From assembly GCA_015494735.1 (NCBI GenBank), contig WGAQ01000157.1:1-39147 (forward strand): a DNA stretch of 39,147 nt, read 5' to 3'. Position 1 is the first letter of the stretch; the number at the start of each line of letters is the position of its first letter. Positions 1 to 9,216 of this stretch are shown here, piece by piece. Made by a program: the position numbers and the translations under genes. A model generated the notes under the pieces. That model saw only the letters and a list, made by a program, of their open reading frames with translations, made no database searches and was not told the DNA's origin. The DNA comes from a candidate division WOR-3 bacterium (GTDB lineage: Bacteria; Hydrothermota; Hydrothermia; LBFQ01; DSFT01).

Positions 1-507
1 ATCATTTTGGGAGATATCGAGCCGGGGAAGATGGAGATTTACGAAAATGCTCTTTACAGGGAGAAACTGAGGGTTCATATCGTGGGATACAGACCTTCCA
101 TAACCCGCGAGACTATGTGGTTTGCTATAAGCGATGGGGTGGATGTTCACTCTGCTGTGGATATGTATTACAAAAGGTTCTATATCGAGCATGGCTTTAA
201 AGATCTTAAGGGCAGGTTCAATCTTCACAGGGCCATGATTAGAAGCACTCGAATCCCCGAAAGGCTTATTGCTCTTATTTTTATCGCCTATATCCTTACT
301 CTCGTTGCTGGCTCTTTCATCAGGGAGAGTGGTTTCATCTCAAAGAGGTATGCCAATAGATACAGTGCAGTTTCTATTTTCTTCAGGTTCTCCCATAGAG
401 TTCCCCCGGATAAACGACGAGTCCTTCTGGATGGTATTCTATCCTTCTTCCAGAATCTTGCGTCCCTTAATCATTCCCACTATGTCCAATTTCATGTCCG
501 AAGGTGA
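1..507 (+). CDS. IS4-family DDE transposase, C-terminal part (open at window start)
   Basis: Frame +1 is open from base 1. It contains the IS4-type Y-(2)-R-(3)-E-(6)-K signature (YYKRFYIEHGFKDLKG). Codon usage is more T-rich than in the neighbouring genes. Confidence 0.8.
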   Translation: MILGDIEPGKMEIYENALYREKLRVHIVGYRPSITRETMWFAISDGVDVHSAVDMYYKRFYIEHGFKDLKGRFNLHRAMIRSTRIPERLIALIFIAYILTLVAGSFIRESGFISKRYANRYSAVSIFFRFSHRVPPDKRRVLLDGILSFFQNLASLNHSHYVQFHVRR

Positions 508-509
508 CA
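1..509 (+). mobile_element. Right end of an IS4-family insertion sequence; the terminal inverted repeat probably overlaps the transposase stop (ATGTCCGAAGGTGA, 494-507)
   Basis: Transposase motif plus a compositional shift near 510. The left end lies outside the window, so the IR and target duplication cannot be confirmed. Confidence 0.55.
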
Positions 510-542
510 ACTCCTGCCTCTGGACGTAAGTCCTCATCCCTG

Positions 543-548
543 TAAAAT
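543..548 (+). promoter_or_regulatory. -10 box TAAAAT, 7 nt before the lipA ATG (leaderless-type promoter)
   Basis: Sequence ATCCCTG-TAAAAT-TTTGTAT-ATG with no Shine-Dalgarno. The same 14-mer ATCCCTGTAAAATT precedes the enoyl-CoA hydratase gene. Confidence 0.65.
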
Positions 549-555
549 TTTGTAT

Positions 556-1422
556 ATGCCCGTTGATAAGAAGCCCGAATGGCTCCGCATCAAACTGTCC
601 ACCAATGGGACCTATGGACACGTGAAGAATACGCTCAAATCCCGCAGACTTTTCACCGTCTGTGAGGAGGCGAGATGTCCCAACATCGGGGAGTGCTGGT
701 CCCATGGAACTGCCACCATAATGATAATGGGTGATACATGCACCCGCGGATGCAGGTTCTGTGCAGTTAAGACCGGTAATCCCGGGGGATGGCTGGACCC
801 CCTGGAGCCCCTTCACGTTGTGGAGACCATAAAGCAGCTGAAGTTGAAGTACGTGGTCCTTACGAGCGTGGACAGGGATGACCTTCCAGATGGGGGAGCC
901 TTCCACTTCGCCCGTGTGATAAAGTACGTTAAGAAGGTGATGCCGGAGGTAATCGTGGAGGCCCTGACCCCCGATTTTCAGGGGAATGTTAATTCCATCA
1001 GAACCGTGGTGGAGTCCGGACTGGAGGTGTATGCTCACAACATAGAGACCGTCAGGCGCCTGACGCCCAGGGTCAGGGACCCCAGAGCCAGTTATGAGCA
1101 ATCCCTCTTCGTCCTCAAGACAGCCAAGGAAATCAGGCCCGACATCCTGACCAAGAGCTCCATAATGCTCGGCCTCGGGGAGACGGAGGAGGAAGTTCTG
1201 GAGGCCATGAGGGATCTCAGGTCCGTGGGAGTGGACATCCTCACTCTGGGGCAGTATCTGAGGCCCAGCCCCAGGCACCTGCCCGTGGTGGAATACGTGA
1301 ATCCCCGGAAGTTCCGCTGGTACAGGGACAGGGCCATGGAACTGGGTTTCAGGGAGGTCTTTTCGGGTCCCCTCGTGAGGAGTTCCTACAGGGCGGAGAT
1401 GGTTTTCCATGGTAAGATTTGA
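556..1422 (+). CDS. lipA: Lipoyl synthase (radical SAM)
   Basis: KPEWLR N-terminus, [12 protein letters not shown] auxiliary-cluster motif, CTRGCRFC radical-SAM motif and C-terminal VRSSY. ATG at 556 is preferred over TTG at 550. Confidence 0.97.
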   Translation: MPVDKKPEWLRIKLSTNGTYGHVKNTLKSRRLFTVCEEARCPNIGECWSHGTATIMIMGDTCTRGCRFCAVKTGNPGGWLDPLEPLHVVETIKQLKLKYVVLTSVDRDDLPDGGAFHFARVIKYVKKVMPEVIVEALTPDFQGNVNSIRTVVESGLEVYAHNIETVRRLTPRVRDPRASYEQSLFVLKTAKEIRPDILTKSSIMLGLGETEEEVLEAMRDLRSVGVDILTLGQYLRPSPRHLPVVEYVNPRKFRWYRDRAMELGFREVFSGPLVRSSYRAEMVFHGKI

Positions 1423-1984
1423 ATCGGAGGCGAAGCTACCAACCCGATACGGGGATTTCCGGATAAGGGTTTACAGGGAGGGGGATAAGGAGCATGCGGT
1501 TCTGATCAGGGAGCCCCTCCGGGAGCCCGTTCTCGTCCGTGTTCACTCCGAATGTCTGACCGGGGACGTGTTTGGTTCTCTCAGGTGCGATTGCGGTGAG
1601 CAACTGGAATATGCTCTGGAGAAGATCGGGAAGGAGGGCGGAATTCTCATCTATCTGCGACAGGAGGGAAGGGGAATCGGTCTGGCCAACAAGATAAGGG
1701 CATATCATCTTCAGGACCTGGGTCTGGATACGGTGGAGGCCAATCATCAACTGGGATTCGAGGCGGACCTGAGGAATTACGAGCCCGCTTTCGAGATACT
1801 GAAGGACCTGGGAATCAGGAAGATTCGCCTCATGACCAACAATCCCGAGAAAATCGTGGACCTGACCAGGTATGGGATAGAGGTGGTGGAGCGGATACCC
1901 GTACAGGTGAAGCCCAATCCCCACAACGAGAAGTATCTGAAGACCAAAAAGGAGAAACTGGGACATCTTCTGAACATAATATGA
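1409..1984 (+). CDS. ribA: GTP cyclohydrolase II (monofunctional)
   Basis: Motifs [33 protein letters not shown] and TNNPEK. Confidence 0.96.
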   Translation: MVRFESEAKLPTRYGDFRIRVYREGDKEHAVLIREPLREPVLVRVHSECLTGDVFGSLRCDCGEQLEYALEKIGKEGGILIYLRQEGRGIGLANKIRAYHLQDLGLDTVEANHQLGFEADLRNYEPAFEILKDLGIRKIRLMTNNPEKIVDLTRYGIEVVERIPVQVKPNPHNEKYLKTKKEKLGHLLNII

Positions 1985-2781
1985 TATGGCTCATCGCTTT
2001 CTTCGATTCCACGCTGACGGGAGTTCCCCGGCCGGTCGATATATACGTGGATAACGATGGTAGAATCTACGTTCTCAGTTTGAATGGGAAGATATGGGTT
2101 TACGATGACCTGGACGACACTCCCAGGATATACATGAAGGGCCTGAGCCAGCCGGCGCTGGAGATGGAATTCCTGGGAGATACCGTATTCGTTATGCACG
2201 GGAGGTACCTCGACGCCTTCTTCCCATCGGGACGGCTCCGGATAGTCAATTTCGTTCCTCTGACCGGCAATAACAGCACCTTCACCCTGGACACCGTAAG
2301 GGGCTATATCTACATGGCACTGGAGGGGATATGGCAGTTCAGGTTCGCCGGCAGGGTTTTCCGCCTCGATATAGATGGGCGGAACCTCTATGCATATTCC
2401 GCGGGTTTCAGGAGGCCGGTGGCCATAGATGTGGACAGCGCGGGTGTGCCCTGGATAATAAGCGAGGTGGGGGATGGCGTCTATGGTCTTTATCCGGTGT
2501 ACGAGGGTCTCAATTACGTCAACCTGGAGCCCCTGATTTACTTCTCCTCCCGCCCCACGGACCTCCAGATATGGGGGAATGGATTCCTCATCTCCTTCGA
2601 TGAAGGGGAAGTCATCCTGTATCGCCGGTTCAGGGGGGAAATATACGAGAGGGAGGTGCTCCTGAGGACCCCGTACGAGATATCCAGCATATTCCTCAGG
2701 GGAGATTCAATCTACTTCAGCGATTACGTTTCCGGGAGGATATACGTGGGGAGGTTGAAGCTCCTGGAGGCCAACAGATGA
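1981..2781 (+). CDS. Beta-propeller protein (glucose/sorbosone dehydrogenase- or NHL-like), probably exported
   Basis: Blade-like repeats PVDIYVDNDGRIYV, GFRRPVAIDVDSAG and IYFSDYVSGRIY. ATGA overlaps with both neighbours. Short hydrophobic N-terminus MIWLIAFF. Confidence 0.6.
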   Translation: MIWLIAFFDSTLTGVPRPVDIYVDNDGRIYVLSLNGKIWVYDDLDDTPRIYMKGLSQPALEMEFLGDTVFVMHGRYLDAFFPSGRLRIVNFVPLTGNNSTFTLDTVRGYIYMALEGIWQFRFAGRVFRLDIDGRNLYAYSAGFRRPVAIDVDSAGVPWIISEVGDGVYGLYPVYEGLNYVNLEPLIYFSSRPTDLQIWGNGFLISFDEGEVILYRRFRGEIYEREVLLRTPYEISSIFLRGDSIYFSDYVSGRIYVGRLKLLEANR

Positions 2782-3368
2782 ATGTCATCCTGGAGGAATT
2801 GAAGAGGCAGGTGGAAAACTGTACCAGGTGCCCCCTTCACGAATCGCGCATAAGGGCGGTTTTTGGAGAGGGGGACGGGCCCTTCATGATGGTGGGGGAG
2901 GCTCCCGGAAGGCAGGAGGATATGCAGGGGAGGCCCTTCGTGGGGCAGGCGGGAAAGCTCCTCGATGAGTTGCTTCTCGAAAGCAGTATGGACAGGCATC
3001 GATTCTTCATCACCAATGTGGTCAAGTGCCGGCCTCCGGGCAACCGGAATCCCCGTCCGGAAGAGATAGAAGCATGCAAACCCTATCTGGATAGACAGGT
3101 GGAGATTCTCAGGCCTCCGGCCATCGTGGCTCTGGGCAGATTCTCCGGGACCACCCTCCTCGGAAGGGAGAAACTCATAACCCTGAAGGACTACAGGGGG
3201 AGGATTGTGGAGTCCATATACGGCGTCCCCATGGTCATCACCTATCATCCGGCGAGCGTCTTCAGGAATCCCCGTCTCAGGGAGTACATCCTCCAGGACT
3301 TTCGCCTCTTTTACAGGGAGTTCTATGCGTCATTCCTGAATGGCTCTGTACCAGGGGATTCCGGATAG
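2778..3368 (+). CDS. Uracil-DNA glycosylase, family 4 (4Fe-4S)
   Basis: Motifs CTRCPLH, VGEAPG, GRPFVGQAG, TNVVKCRPPGNRNP and TYHPA. Confidence 0.93.
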   Translation: MNVILEELKRQVENCTRCPLHESRIRAVFGEGDGPFMMVGEAPGRQEDMQGRPFVGQAGKLLDELLLESSMDRHRFFITNVVKCRPPGNRNPRPEEIEACKPYLDRQVEILRPPAIVALGRFSGTTLLGREKLITLKDYRGRIVESIYGVPMVITYHPASVFRNPRLREYILQDFRLFYREFYASFLNGSVPGDSG

Positions 3369-4655
3369 ATAGGTTTCCCCGATTCTCGCGTATATGCTCG
3401 AGGGGTATTTCTTTCTGAGCAGGTTCAGATAGTGACGTGCCGAATCCGGCATGTGCATGTCCCGGGCGAAGATATAGGTCATGAAGAGGAGGGTCTTCTT
3501 CTCCAGCTGGGGAGGGGGGTCGTTCCTCAGAACCTTCCTGAGCATGTCCAGAGTTATGTCCGGCTTATTCATGTTCAGGTACATGATTTCCGCCACCCGG
3601 TATATCTTTATGGGGTCGGTTTCGTTCTCCACCGATTTGATTTTCACGAGGGTTTCCTTCCTCTCCTGCGCCATGCGGAGCCCCATTTTGGATGCATCCT
3701 CGTAATAGCTGAGGGCTCCCTCGAAGTTGCCCCGGCTCTCCTCTATAAGTCCCAGGTAGTAATAACTGTAGAACCTGGCTGTATCCTTCGAAACCTCTGA
3801 TATGTACTGGAATATGTCCTTGGCCCCCTGCGTGTCTCCCTTCATCAGGAGGAGCCTTCCCATCTCGAGCCTCACGGCGAAGTACTGGGGGGTGCTGTCC
3901 CTGACCACCATGCTCTCCAGGGTGTTGTATGCTTCGTCGTAGTTGCCTTCCTTGACGTATGCAAGAGCCAGCAACCTCAGGGCGCTATTCTTCAGGGAAT
4001 CCGAAATCCGCGGGTCGCGTATATACTCCTGTATCAGTTCTTTCGCTCTCTGAGTATTCCCCAGCTTCAGATATACGTCTGCTGCGGTCAGGATGAGTTC
4101 CCTGTTATCCCGGTTCTCCTTCAGCAATTCTTCCAGTATTCCTATGGCCCGCTCGTACTCCTTTTTGTCTATCAGTATTTTGGCGAGGTAGAGCCGTGCC
4201 CTGTACCTGACCCTGTCCTCCGTGCTTTCCAGTGCCCGCCTCAGATATCTTTCCGCCTCGTCGTATCGCTTCATCTCGTAGAGCATTATTCCGTACTCTA
4301 AATACACTTTCCATCTCAGGGGGCTGTCGGGAAAGTACGTAAAGAACTCCCGGAACTTCTTCTCCGCCTTGGTGTACGATTTCAGTCTCGAATACGATAC
4401 TGCCATCATGTATATGGCATCGTCCACGAATCTCGAATCCCTGTGCAGCTGGAGGATTCTCGAGCCCTTGGCCTCCACTTTCATGTAATGGGACTTGGCC
4501 TTTATGTACTGGCCCAGGTTGTAATAGTATTCCCCCCTGTTGAATTCGCTCTGCAGATTGTAGAACGTATTGAAGTACGCCCTTGCATCCACGAGCATCT
4601 GCTCCAGGGATGAGCATCCCGCGATGAGAAACAGAGCCGGAATCCACCTCTTCAT
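3330..4655 (-). CDS. TPR-repeat lipoprotein (BamD-like or PorW/SprE-like)
   Basis: Lipoprotein signal MKRWIPALFLIAG-C, then AYFNTFYN and SRFVDDAIYMMAVSY, many TPR helices, and a C-terminal KKYPSSIYA. Confidence 0.75.
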   Translation of the reverse strand: MKRWIPALFLIAGCSSLEQMLVDARAYFNTFYNLQSEFNRGEYYYNLGQYIKAKSHYMKVEAKGSRILQLHRDSRFVDDAIYMMAVSYSRLKSYTKAEKKFREFFTYFPDSPLRWKVYLEYGIMLYEMKRYDEAERYLRRALESTEDRVRYRARLYLAKILIDKKEYERAIGILEELLKENRDNRELILTAADVYLKLGNTQRAKELIQEYIRDPRISDSLKNSALRLLALAYVKEGNYDEAYNTLESMVVRDSTPQYFAVRLEMGRLLLMKGDTQGAKDIFQYISEVSKDTARFYSYYYLGLIEESRGNFEGALSYYEDASKMGLRMAQERKETLVKIKSVENETDPIKIYRVAEIMYLNMNKPDITLDMLRKVLRNDPPPQLEKKTLLFMTYIFARDMHMPDSARHYLNLLRKKYPSSIYARIGETYLSGIPWYRAIQE

Positions 4656-4659
4656 ACGC

Positions 4660-5379
4660 TCACTCTACCACCCGTATATCCATACTCCCGTACCTGTAAA
4701 TGCTCTCTTCTTCATCCACCCTGAACTTCATCCAAAGTTTACGGTAAATTTTTCCTCTGAGGTTCACATTGACGAATGTGGACTCCGCCGGGTCGAATCT
4801 GTCGCTTATGGACATGATGGAGTTGAACAGGGAATCCCTGAATTCCTCCACCTTCACATCCTTCCTTATGACCAGAGGATTCCTCATGCTTACCACGGTG
4901 AAGGCACCGGCCCCTTTCAGTTCCACGTTGTCCAGTCCTATGGCCACCGCCCTCTTCCCCGCCACTTCTTTCACGAAGTGCATGAAATCCCTTGCCAGAA
5001 TGAACCTCTCCAGTTCCTTTGCCAGATAGAATCGTATGTAGAGGGAATCCCTCACTATCCGGGCGCTTCCATCCTGTATAACCTGGTCATGCCACAGCCC
5101 GGAGAATTTGATGTACGTGAATTTTCCGATGGTTATGGGTCTGGCGAACATCTTGTGCTCTTTAATCAGGTAGTTCTGGAGTTTCCTCAGGTGGGATTCG
5201 TTGAAGCCGCCCCTGGGGGGCGGCAGGTATATATTCACCACTTTGAAGTAGGGCCTCTCTTCTATGGATGTGCGGACCTGTTTTTTGCTTATTTTGATTT
5301 TCAGAGCCTCTCCGGCTTCCCTCACCAGGCTGTCCGTTATGGCGGAAGTGTCTATTACTCCAATCAGTGCCGCAATCAT
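4660..5379 (-). CDS. Hypothetical protein with a very short hydrophobic N-terminus
   Basis: 239-aa ORF with host-like codon usage, ATGA-coupled to the upstream lyase. No family recognised. Confidence 0.65.
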   Translation of the reverse strand: MIAALIGVIDTSAITDSLVREAGEALKIKISKKQVRTSIEERPYFKVVNIYLPPPRGGFNESHLRKLQNYLIKEHKMFARPITIGKFTYIKFSGLWHDQVIQDGSARIVRDSLYIRFYLAKELERFILARDFMHFVKEVAGKRAVAIGLDNVELKGAGAFTVVSMRNPLVIRKDVKVEEFRDSLFNSIMSISDRFDPAESTFVNVNLRGKIYRKLWMKFRVDEEESIYRYGSMDIRVVE

Positions 5380-6530
5380 AGCTTTTCCAGAGCCTGCTTC
5401 AGGTCTTCTATGAGGTCCTCCGCATTCTCTATTCCCACGGAGATGCGTATCAGGTTATCCCTGAATCCGATGGCCTCCTTTATAAAGTCGGGAATCTCGG
5501 GATGGGTGGTGGTGGAGGGGCTGGTTATCAGACTTTCCACGCCTCCCAGGGAAACAGCTAAAGTGAATACCTTCGTGGACTGGACGAATTTGACGGGGTC
5601 CCCATCTATTTCGAAGGAAATCATGCCTCCGAAGTCCCTCATCTGCCTTCTGGCGATTTCGTGCCCGGGATGGTCCGGCAGTCCGGGATAGTTCACCCGG
5701 AGGACTTTTGGATGCTCCTTCAGGAATCGGGCCACCTTCATGGCATTCTGGCAATGCCTCTCCATCCTGATGTGGAGCGTCCTGAGTCCCCTGAGGGCGA
5801 GATAGGATTCCAGGGGGGACAGGATGGCTCCGGTCATCTTCTGAAATGCCTTTATCTGCTCGGCATATTCGGGATTGCTCGTGATGACGGCTCCCCCTAT
5901 GATGTCGGAATGGCCCCCTATGTACTTGGTCAGACTGTGAACCACGATGTCGGCCCCCTCCATCAGGGGATTCTGGAGGTACGGGGAAGCGAATGTGTTG
6001 TCCACCACGGATATGATTCCGTACTGGCGGGCTATTTCTGCGGTTTCTCTGATGGGTATGATGCGGAGCATGGGATTGGTGGGGGTTTCGAAGAAGACCA
6101 TCTTCACGTTGTCGTTTTCCTCGATGGCCTTCTTCAGATTTTCCGGGTCCCTCAGGTCGGTGTATATGGGCTTTATGCCCAGTTGCTGCCATACCTTGTA
6201 TATCTGTTTGAATGTTCCGCCGTAGTGGTCGTAGTCCAGAACGATGGCATCCCCGGGCCTGAGGAATGTGAGGAGGGAATGGATGGCGGCGAGACCGCTC
6301 GAGAATGCATAACCGTACTTTCCCCCTTCCACCCGGGCGAGGGCCCTCTCCAGGGCCATGCGGGTCGGGTTGTCGTGCCGGCTGTATATCAGGGAATCCT
6401 GCCAGTTGACAGGGTCCTTGAGTTTGAAGGTGCTGGAGAGGTTTATGGGAAGAGCAGAAGAACCATGCTCATCTGAAAAATTGAAGCCTGCGTGTACAAA
6501 CAGGGTTTCCTTTTTAAGTTTATCATACAT
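5376..6530 (-). CDS. Cys/Met metabolism PLP enzyme (cystathionine gamma-lyase/synthase or methionine gamma-lyase)
   Basis: Motifs YSRHDNPT, FSSGLAAI, ETPTNP, VDNTFASP, HSLTKYIGGHSD (PLP lysine) and SLGGVESL. ATG 6530 has SD AAGGAG; an alternative ATG lies at 6542. Confidence 0.92.
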   Translation of the reverse strand: MYDKLKKETLFVHAGFNFSDEHGSSALPINLSSTFKLKDPVNWQDSLIYSRHDNPTRMALERALARVEGGKYGYAFSSGLAAIHSLLTFLRPGDAIVLDYDHYGGTFKQIYKVWQQLGIKPIYTDLRDPENLKKAIEENDNVKMVFFETPTNPMLRIIPIRETAEIARQYGIISVVDNTFASPYLQNPLMEGADIVVHSLTKYIGGHSDIIGGAVITSNPEYAEQIKAFQKMTGAILSPLESYLALRGLRTLHIRMERHCQNAMKVARFLKEHPKVLRVNYPGLPDHPGHEIARRQMRDFGGMISFEIDGDPVKFVQSTKVFTLAVSLGGVESLITSPSTTTHPEIPDFIKEAIGFRDNLIRISVGIENAEDLIEDLKQALEKL

Positions 6531-6551
6531 ATCTCCTTCCATAGCGTGCAA

Positions 6552-6576
6552 ATTATAAAGGGGGAGGAATCCCCCT
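6552..6576 (-). terminator. Hairpin AGGGGGA-TTCC-TCCCCCT followed by TTATAAT (terminator tail overlapping the next -10 box)
   Basis: 7-bp perfect stem at 6559-6576, starting at the last base of the small ORF stop codon. Confidence 0.55.
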
Positions 6577-6683
6577 CATCGAGCCAGTTTTTCAGCCAGA
6601 ACCTTCAGGGCGATGGCCAGAACCACGTATGCGCTCAGGACCGCAGCGGTCATCACAATGTATGTTATGATGGCTGAAATCAT
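6576..6683 (-). CDS. 35-aa single-pass membrane peptide MISAIITYIVMTAAVLSAYVVLAIALKVLAEKLAR (not in the ORF track)
   Basis: ATG at 6683 preceded by GGTGAGGAAGC, 6 nt after the enoyl-CoA hydratase stop. It fills the gap exactly and is followed by a hairpin. Confidence 0.6.
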   Translation of the reverse strand: MISAIITYIVMTAAVLSAYVVLAIALKVLAEKLAR

Positions 6684-6689
6684 GCTTCC

Positions 6690-7460
6690 TCACCTCCCCT
6701 TGAAATCCGGTCTTCTCTTTTCGAGGAATGCACTTATGCCCTCATCCTTATCCTGCGTGGAGAAGAGGAAGTAGAACATCTTCCTTTCGTAATCGAGGCC
6801 CTCCCTTAGATTCAATTCGTATGCCTTGTTTACTGTGTCCTTCGCCACTGCAAGGGCTATGGGTGGTCCGGATATCAGGTCCTTCACGAATCTCTTCGTT
6901 TCCTCCAGATAATTCTCCACAGGGACCACTCTGTTGACCACCCCCATGCGGTAAGCCTTCCATACATCCATGAATTTGCCCGTCAGGATGTATTCCATGG
7001 CCCTGTGCTTCTCTATGAGGCGGGTCAGCCTCTGGGTACCTCCTGCTCCAGGGATGATGCCCAGTTTAATTTCGGGTTGACCGAAGACAGCGTTATCGGC
7101 TGCCACTATCATGTCGCACATCATGGCCAGTTCGAATCCGCCTCCGAGCGCATATCCGGCGACCGATGCCACCAGGGGTTTGAGGAAAGTGGCCACCCTT
7201 TCCCACTCGAAGAATCTGTAGTTGAAGAGCATGTCAGGTCCTTTGGGGTCTTTGAATTCGGAGACATCTGCCCCGGCTGCAAATGCCTTTTCGTTCCCCG
7301 TCAGTATCACCACCTTTATGCCCTCGTCCTTCTCCATATCGTCCAGCGCGATGGATACTTCCTTCATGAGCTGCCTGTTGAGGGCATTGAGCACTCTGGG
7401 TCTGTTAAGCCTGATTACGCCGATTGGACCATCCTTTTCCACTATGATGTTTTCGAACAT
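6690..7460 (-). CDS. Enoyl-CoA hydratase (crotonase, PaaF-like)
   Basis: Motifs LNRPRVLNAL, AFAAGAD, ALGGGFELAMMCD and FGQPEIKLGIIPGAGGTQRL, with both catalytic glutamates present. Confidence 0.95.
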   Translation of the reverse strand: MFENIIVEKDGPIGVIRLNRPRVLNALNRQLMKEVSIALDDMEKDEGIKVVILTGNEKAFAAGADVSEFKDPKGPDMLFNYRFFEWERVATFLKPLVASVAGYALGGGFELAMMCDMIVAADNAVFGQPEIKLGIIPGAGGTQRLTRLIEKHRAMEYILTGKFMDVWKAYRMGVVNRVVPVENYLEETKRFVKDLISGPPIALAVAKDTVNKAYELNLREGLDYERKMFYFLFSTQDKDEGISAFLEKRRPDFKGR

Positions 7461-7466
7461 GACCTA

Positions 7467-7472
7467 ATTTTA
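7467..7472 (-). promoter_or_regulatory. -10 box TAAAAT, 6 nt before the enoyl-CoA hydratase ATG
   Basis: Minus strand reads ATCCCTG-TAAAAT-TAGGTC-ATG with no SD. Confidence 0.65.
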
Positions 7473-7495
7473 CAGGGATTTGCCTGTGGCCGAGT

Positions 7496-9211
7496 CTATC
7501 CGGATGTGGGGCCCGAATCCCCCTTCATCTCCTGCAGGATAGTTTCCACCTCCTGTCTGAGGGATTCGGCATCCTCCGGGTGCAGAATGCTCCTGATTAT
7601 GGGCATTATTCTGAACTCCATCGTCTGTGGCAATTCGTCCGGCGGTGCCATGAAGAGGGTATGCCCCACCGTCAGGTCTTCCCCCACCTTCTGCTTCAGT
7701 CTTTCGTTTATGGTGCGAAAGAGTCTGAGCACTGTATTCAGGTGGGGATAGCCCTTTTCCCTGTAGAAGGACTTCAGAACCTCTTCGTCCGGCATGAGCC
7801 TGTAGAATGCGAATCTGCGCTTAAGGGCCATGTCCAGTTTATCTATGCTCCTGTCTGTGGTGTTCATGGTGGCAATGAGGTACAGGTTTTCCGGAACCAC
7901 CAGTTTCTCACCGGAGTAGGGGAGGGTGATGGGGCTTCCCCTGTATTCGAGGGCGTAGAGCAATTCTCCGAGAATCTGTATCACGTTGCCCCTGTTGAAT
8001 TCATCCAGGATGACCACATAGTTGCGGGAGGGATTTTCGTAGGCCTGCATGGCTATACGCTTGAAGATTCCGTCCCTGACTGCGAATTTGCCTTCCCTGT
8101 CCGGCCGTATGCCTTCCATGAATTCTTCGTAGGAATAGGAGGGGTGAATCTGGAGCATCACGAAGTTGTTCCCTGCTATCTCCCGCGCTGCCCTGAGGGC
8201 CAGATGGGTCTTTCCGGTTCCCACGGGTCCGTATATTATGACCTGCCTGTACCTTCTCAGGAGGCGAATTACGGGGTGCTCTTCCTGTCCGGAGGGGATG
8301 AACACCGTGTCCGTCGATGGTTTCAGGGACTTTTCGAGGAGGCCGGCAACATCGTCGGCCCTGTTCCTGTCTATCCTTGCCACCTTGAAGGACCAGGATG
8401 GGAGGAGGGGGTCGTTATCTATGTCGCTTATGGTGCCGTCCGCATAGGGGGCGTTGGCAGCCTGTATATTCCACAGGAGGGGTTCCCTGTCGTGGTACTT
8501 CTGCCTTTCCTTCATGGGGGGTGAAAGATGGAGAAGATAGGAGTCGGAGTGGGTTTCCCTGGAGAGTATGATTCTCCCGTAGGATACCCGTGCTTCCAGT
8601 CGGTCCATTCCCATAACGGGCTCCAGTTTTATGTTCAAACTCCTCTCCGCATGACGCCTTATGACTTCCAGGGATGAGGACAGTTCCGTTGCTTCCAGTC
8701 TCAGGAATCCTATGAGTCTGTCCCTGACCAGTTCGAACAATTCCCTCGATGGCTCGAATCCCTTCCACATCTCCATAATGAGAATCTTGTTCTCGAAGAG
8801 TTCGTGGGAGAAGAGGGTTTCCTCGAAGAAATCCTTCACCGGCTCCCCTTCCTCCAGAGCTCTGCTGTGCAGGTAGTATATGCGCAGGTGATTCCTGAGG
8901 CCCTCCATTATGTTGAGGAATCTGAATTTGTTTCTGCGATATACGTATTTCAGAAAGGGTTTGAAGGGAACGGGGGCGTTCCTCATGTCGGCAAATTTGA
9001 CGTAGGCCCTCGATGCGTACGTTTCGAATATTTCCACTATTATCTGCGGAATCTGATACGGGAACTGCCTGTCGATGAAGTGGGCAATTAATACGCCCTC
9101 CTTCTTCCTCAAATGCAGGTCGAAATCCCCTATTTCGATTTTTGCCTTATTGTCCTCCCACTCGATTTCCAGTATGGGTATGTCTAACAGCTCCCTCAGG
9201 AATTCAACCAT
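7496..9211 (-). CDS. McrB-family AAA+ GTPase with an unrecognised N-terminal region of about 300 aa
   Basis: Walker A YGPVGTGKT, QIHPSYSYEEFMEG, Walker B ILDEFNRGN, McrB signature MNTTDRS and DMALKRRF. Confidence 0.88.
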   Translation of the reverse strand: MVEFLRELLDIPILEIEWEDNKAKIEIGDFDLHLRKKEGVLIAHFIDRQFPYQIPQIIVEIFETYASRAYVKFADMRNAPVPFKPFLKYVYRRNKFRFLNIMEGLRNHLRIYYLHSRALEEGEPVKDFFEETLFSHELFENKILIMEMWKGFEPSRELFELVRDRLIGFLRLEATELSSSLEVIRRHAERSLNIKLEPVMGMDRLEARVSYGRIILSRETHSDSYLLHLSPPMKERQKYHDREPLLWNIQAANAPYADGTISDIDNDPLLPSWSFKVARIDRNRADDVAGLLEKSLKPSTDTVFIPSGQEEHPVIRLLRRYRQVIIYGPVGTGKTHLALRAAREIAGNNFVMLQIHPSYSYEEFMEGIRPDREGKFAVRDGIFKRIAMQAYENPSRNYVVILDEFNRGNVIQILGELLYALEYRGSPITLPYSGEKLVVPENLYLIATMNTTDRSIDKLDMALKRRFAFYRLMPDEEVLKSFYREKGYPHLNTVLRLFRTINERLKQKVGEDLTVGHTLFMAPPDELPQTMEFRIMPIIRSILHPEDAESLRQEVETILQEMKGDSGPTSG

Positions 9212-9216
9212 TTTTC

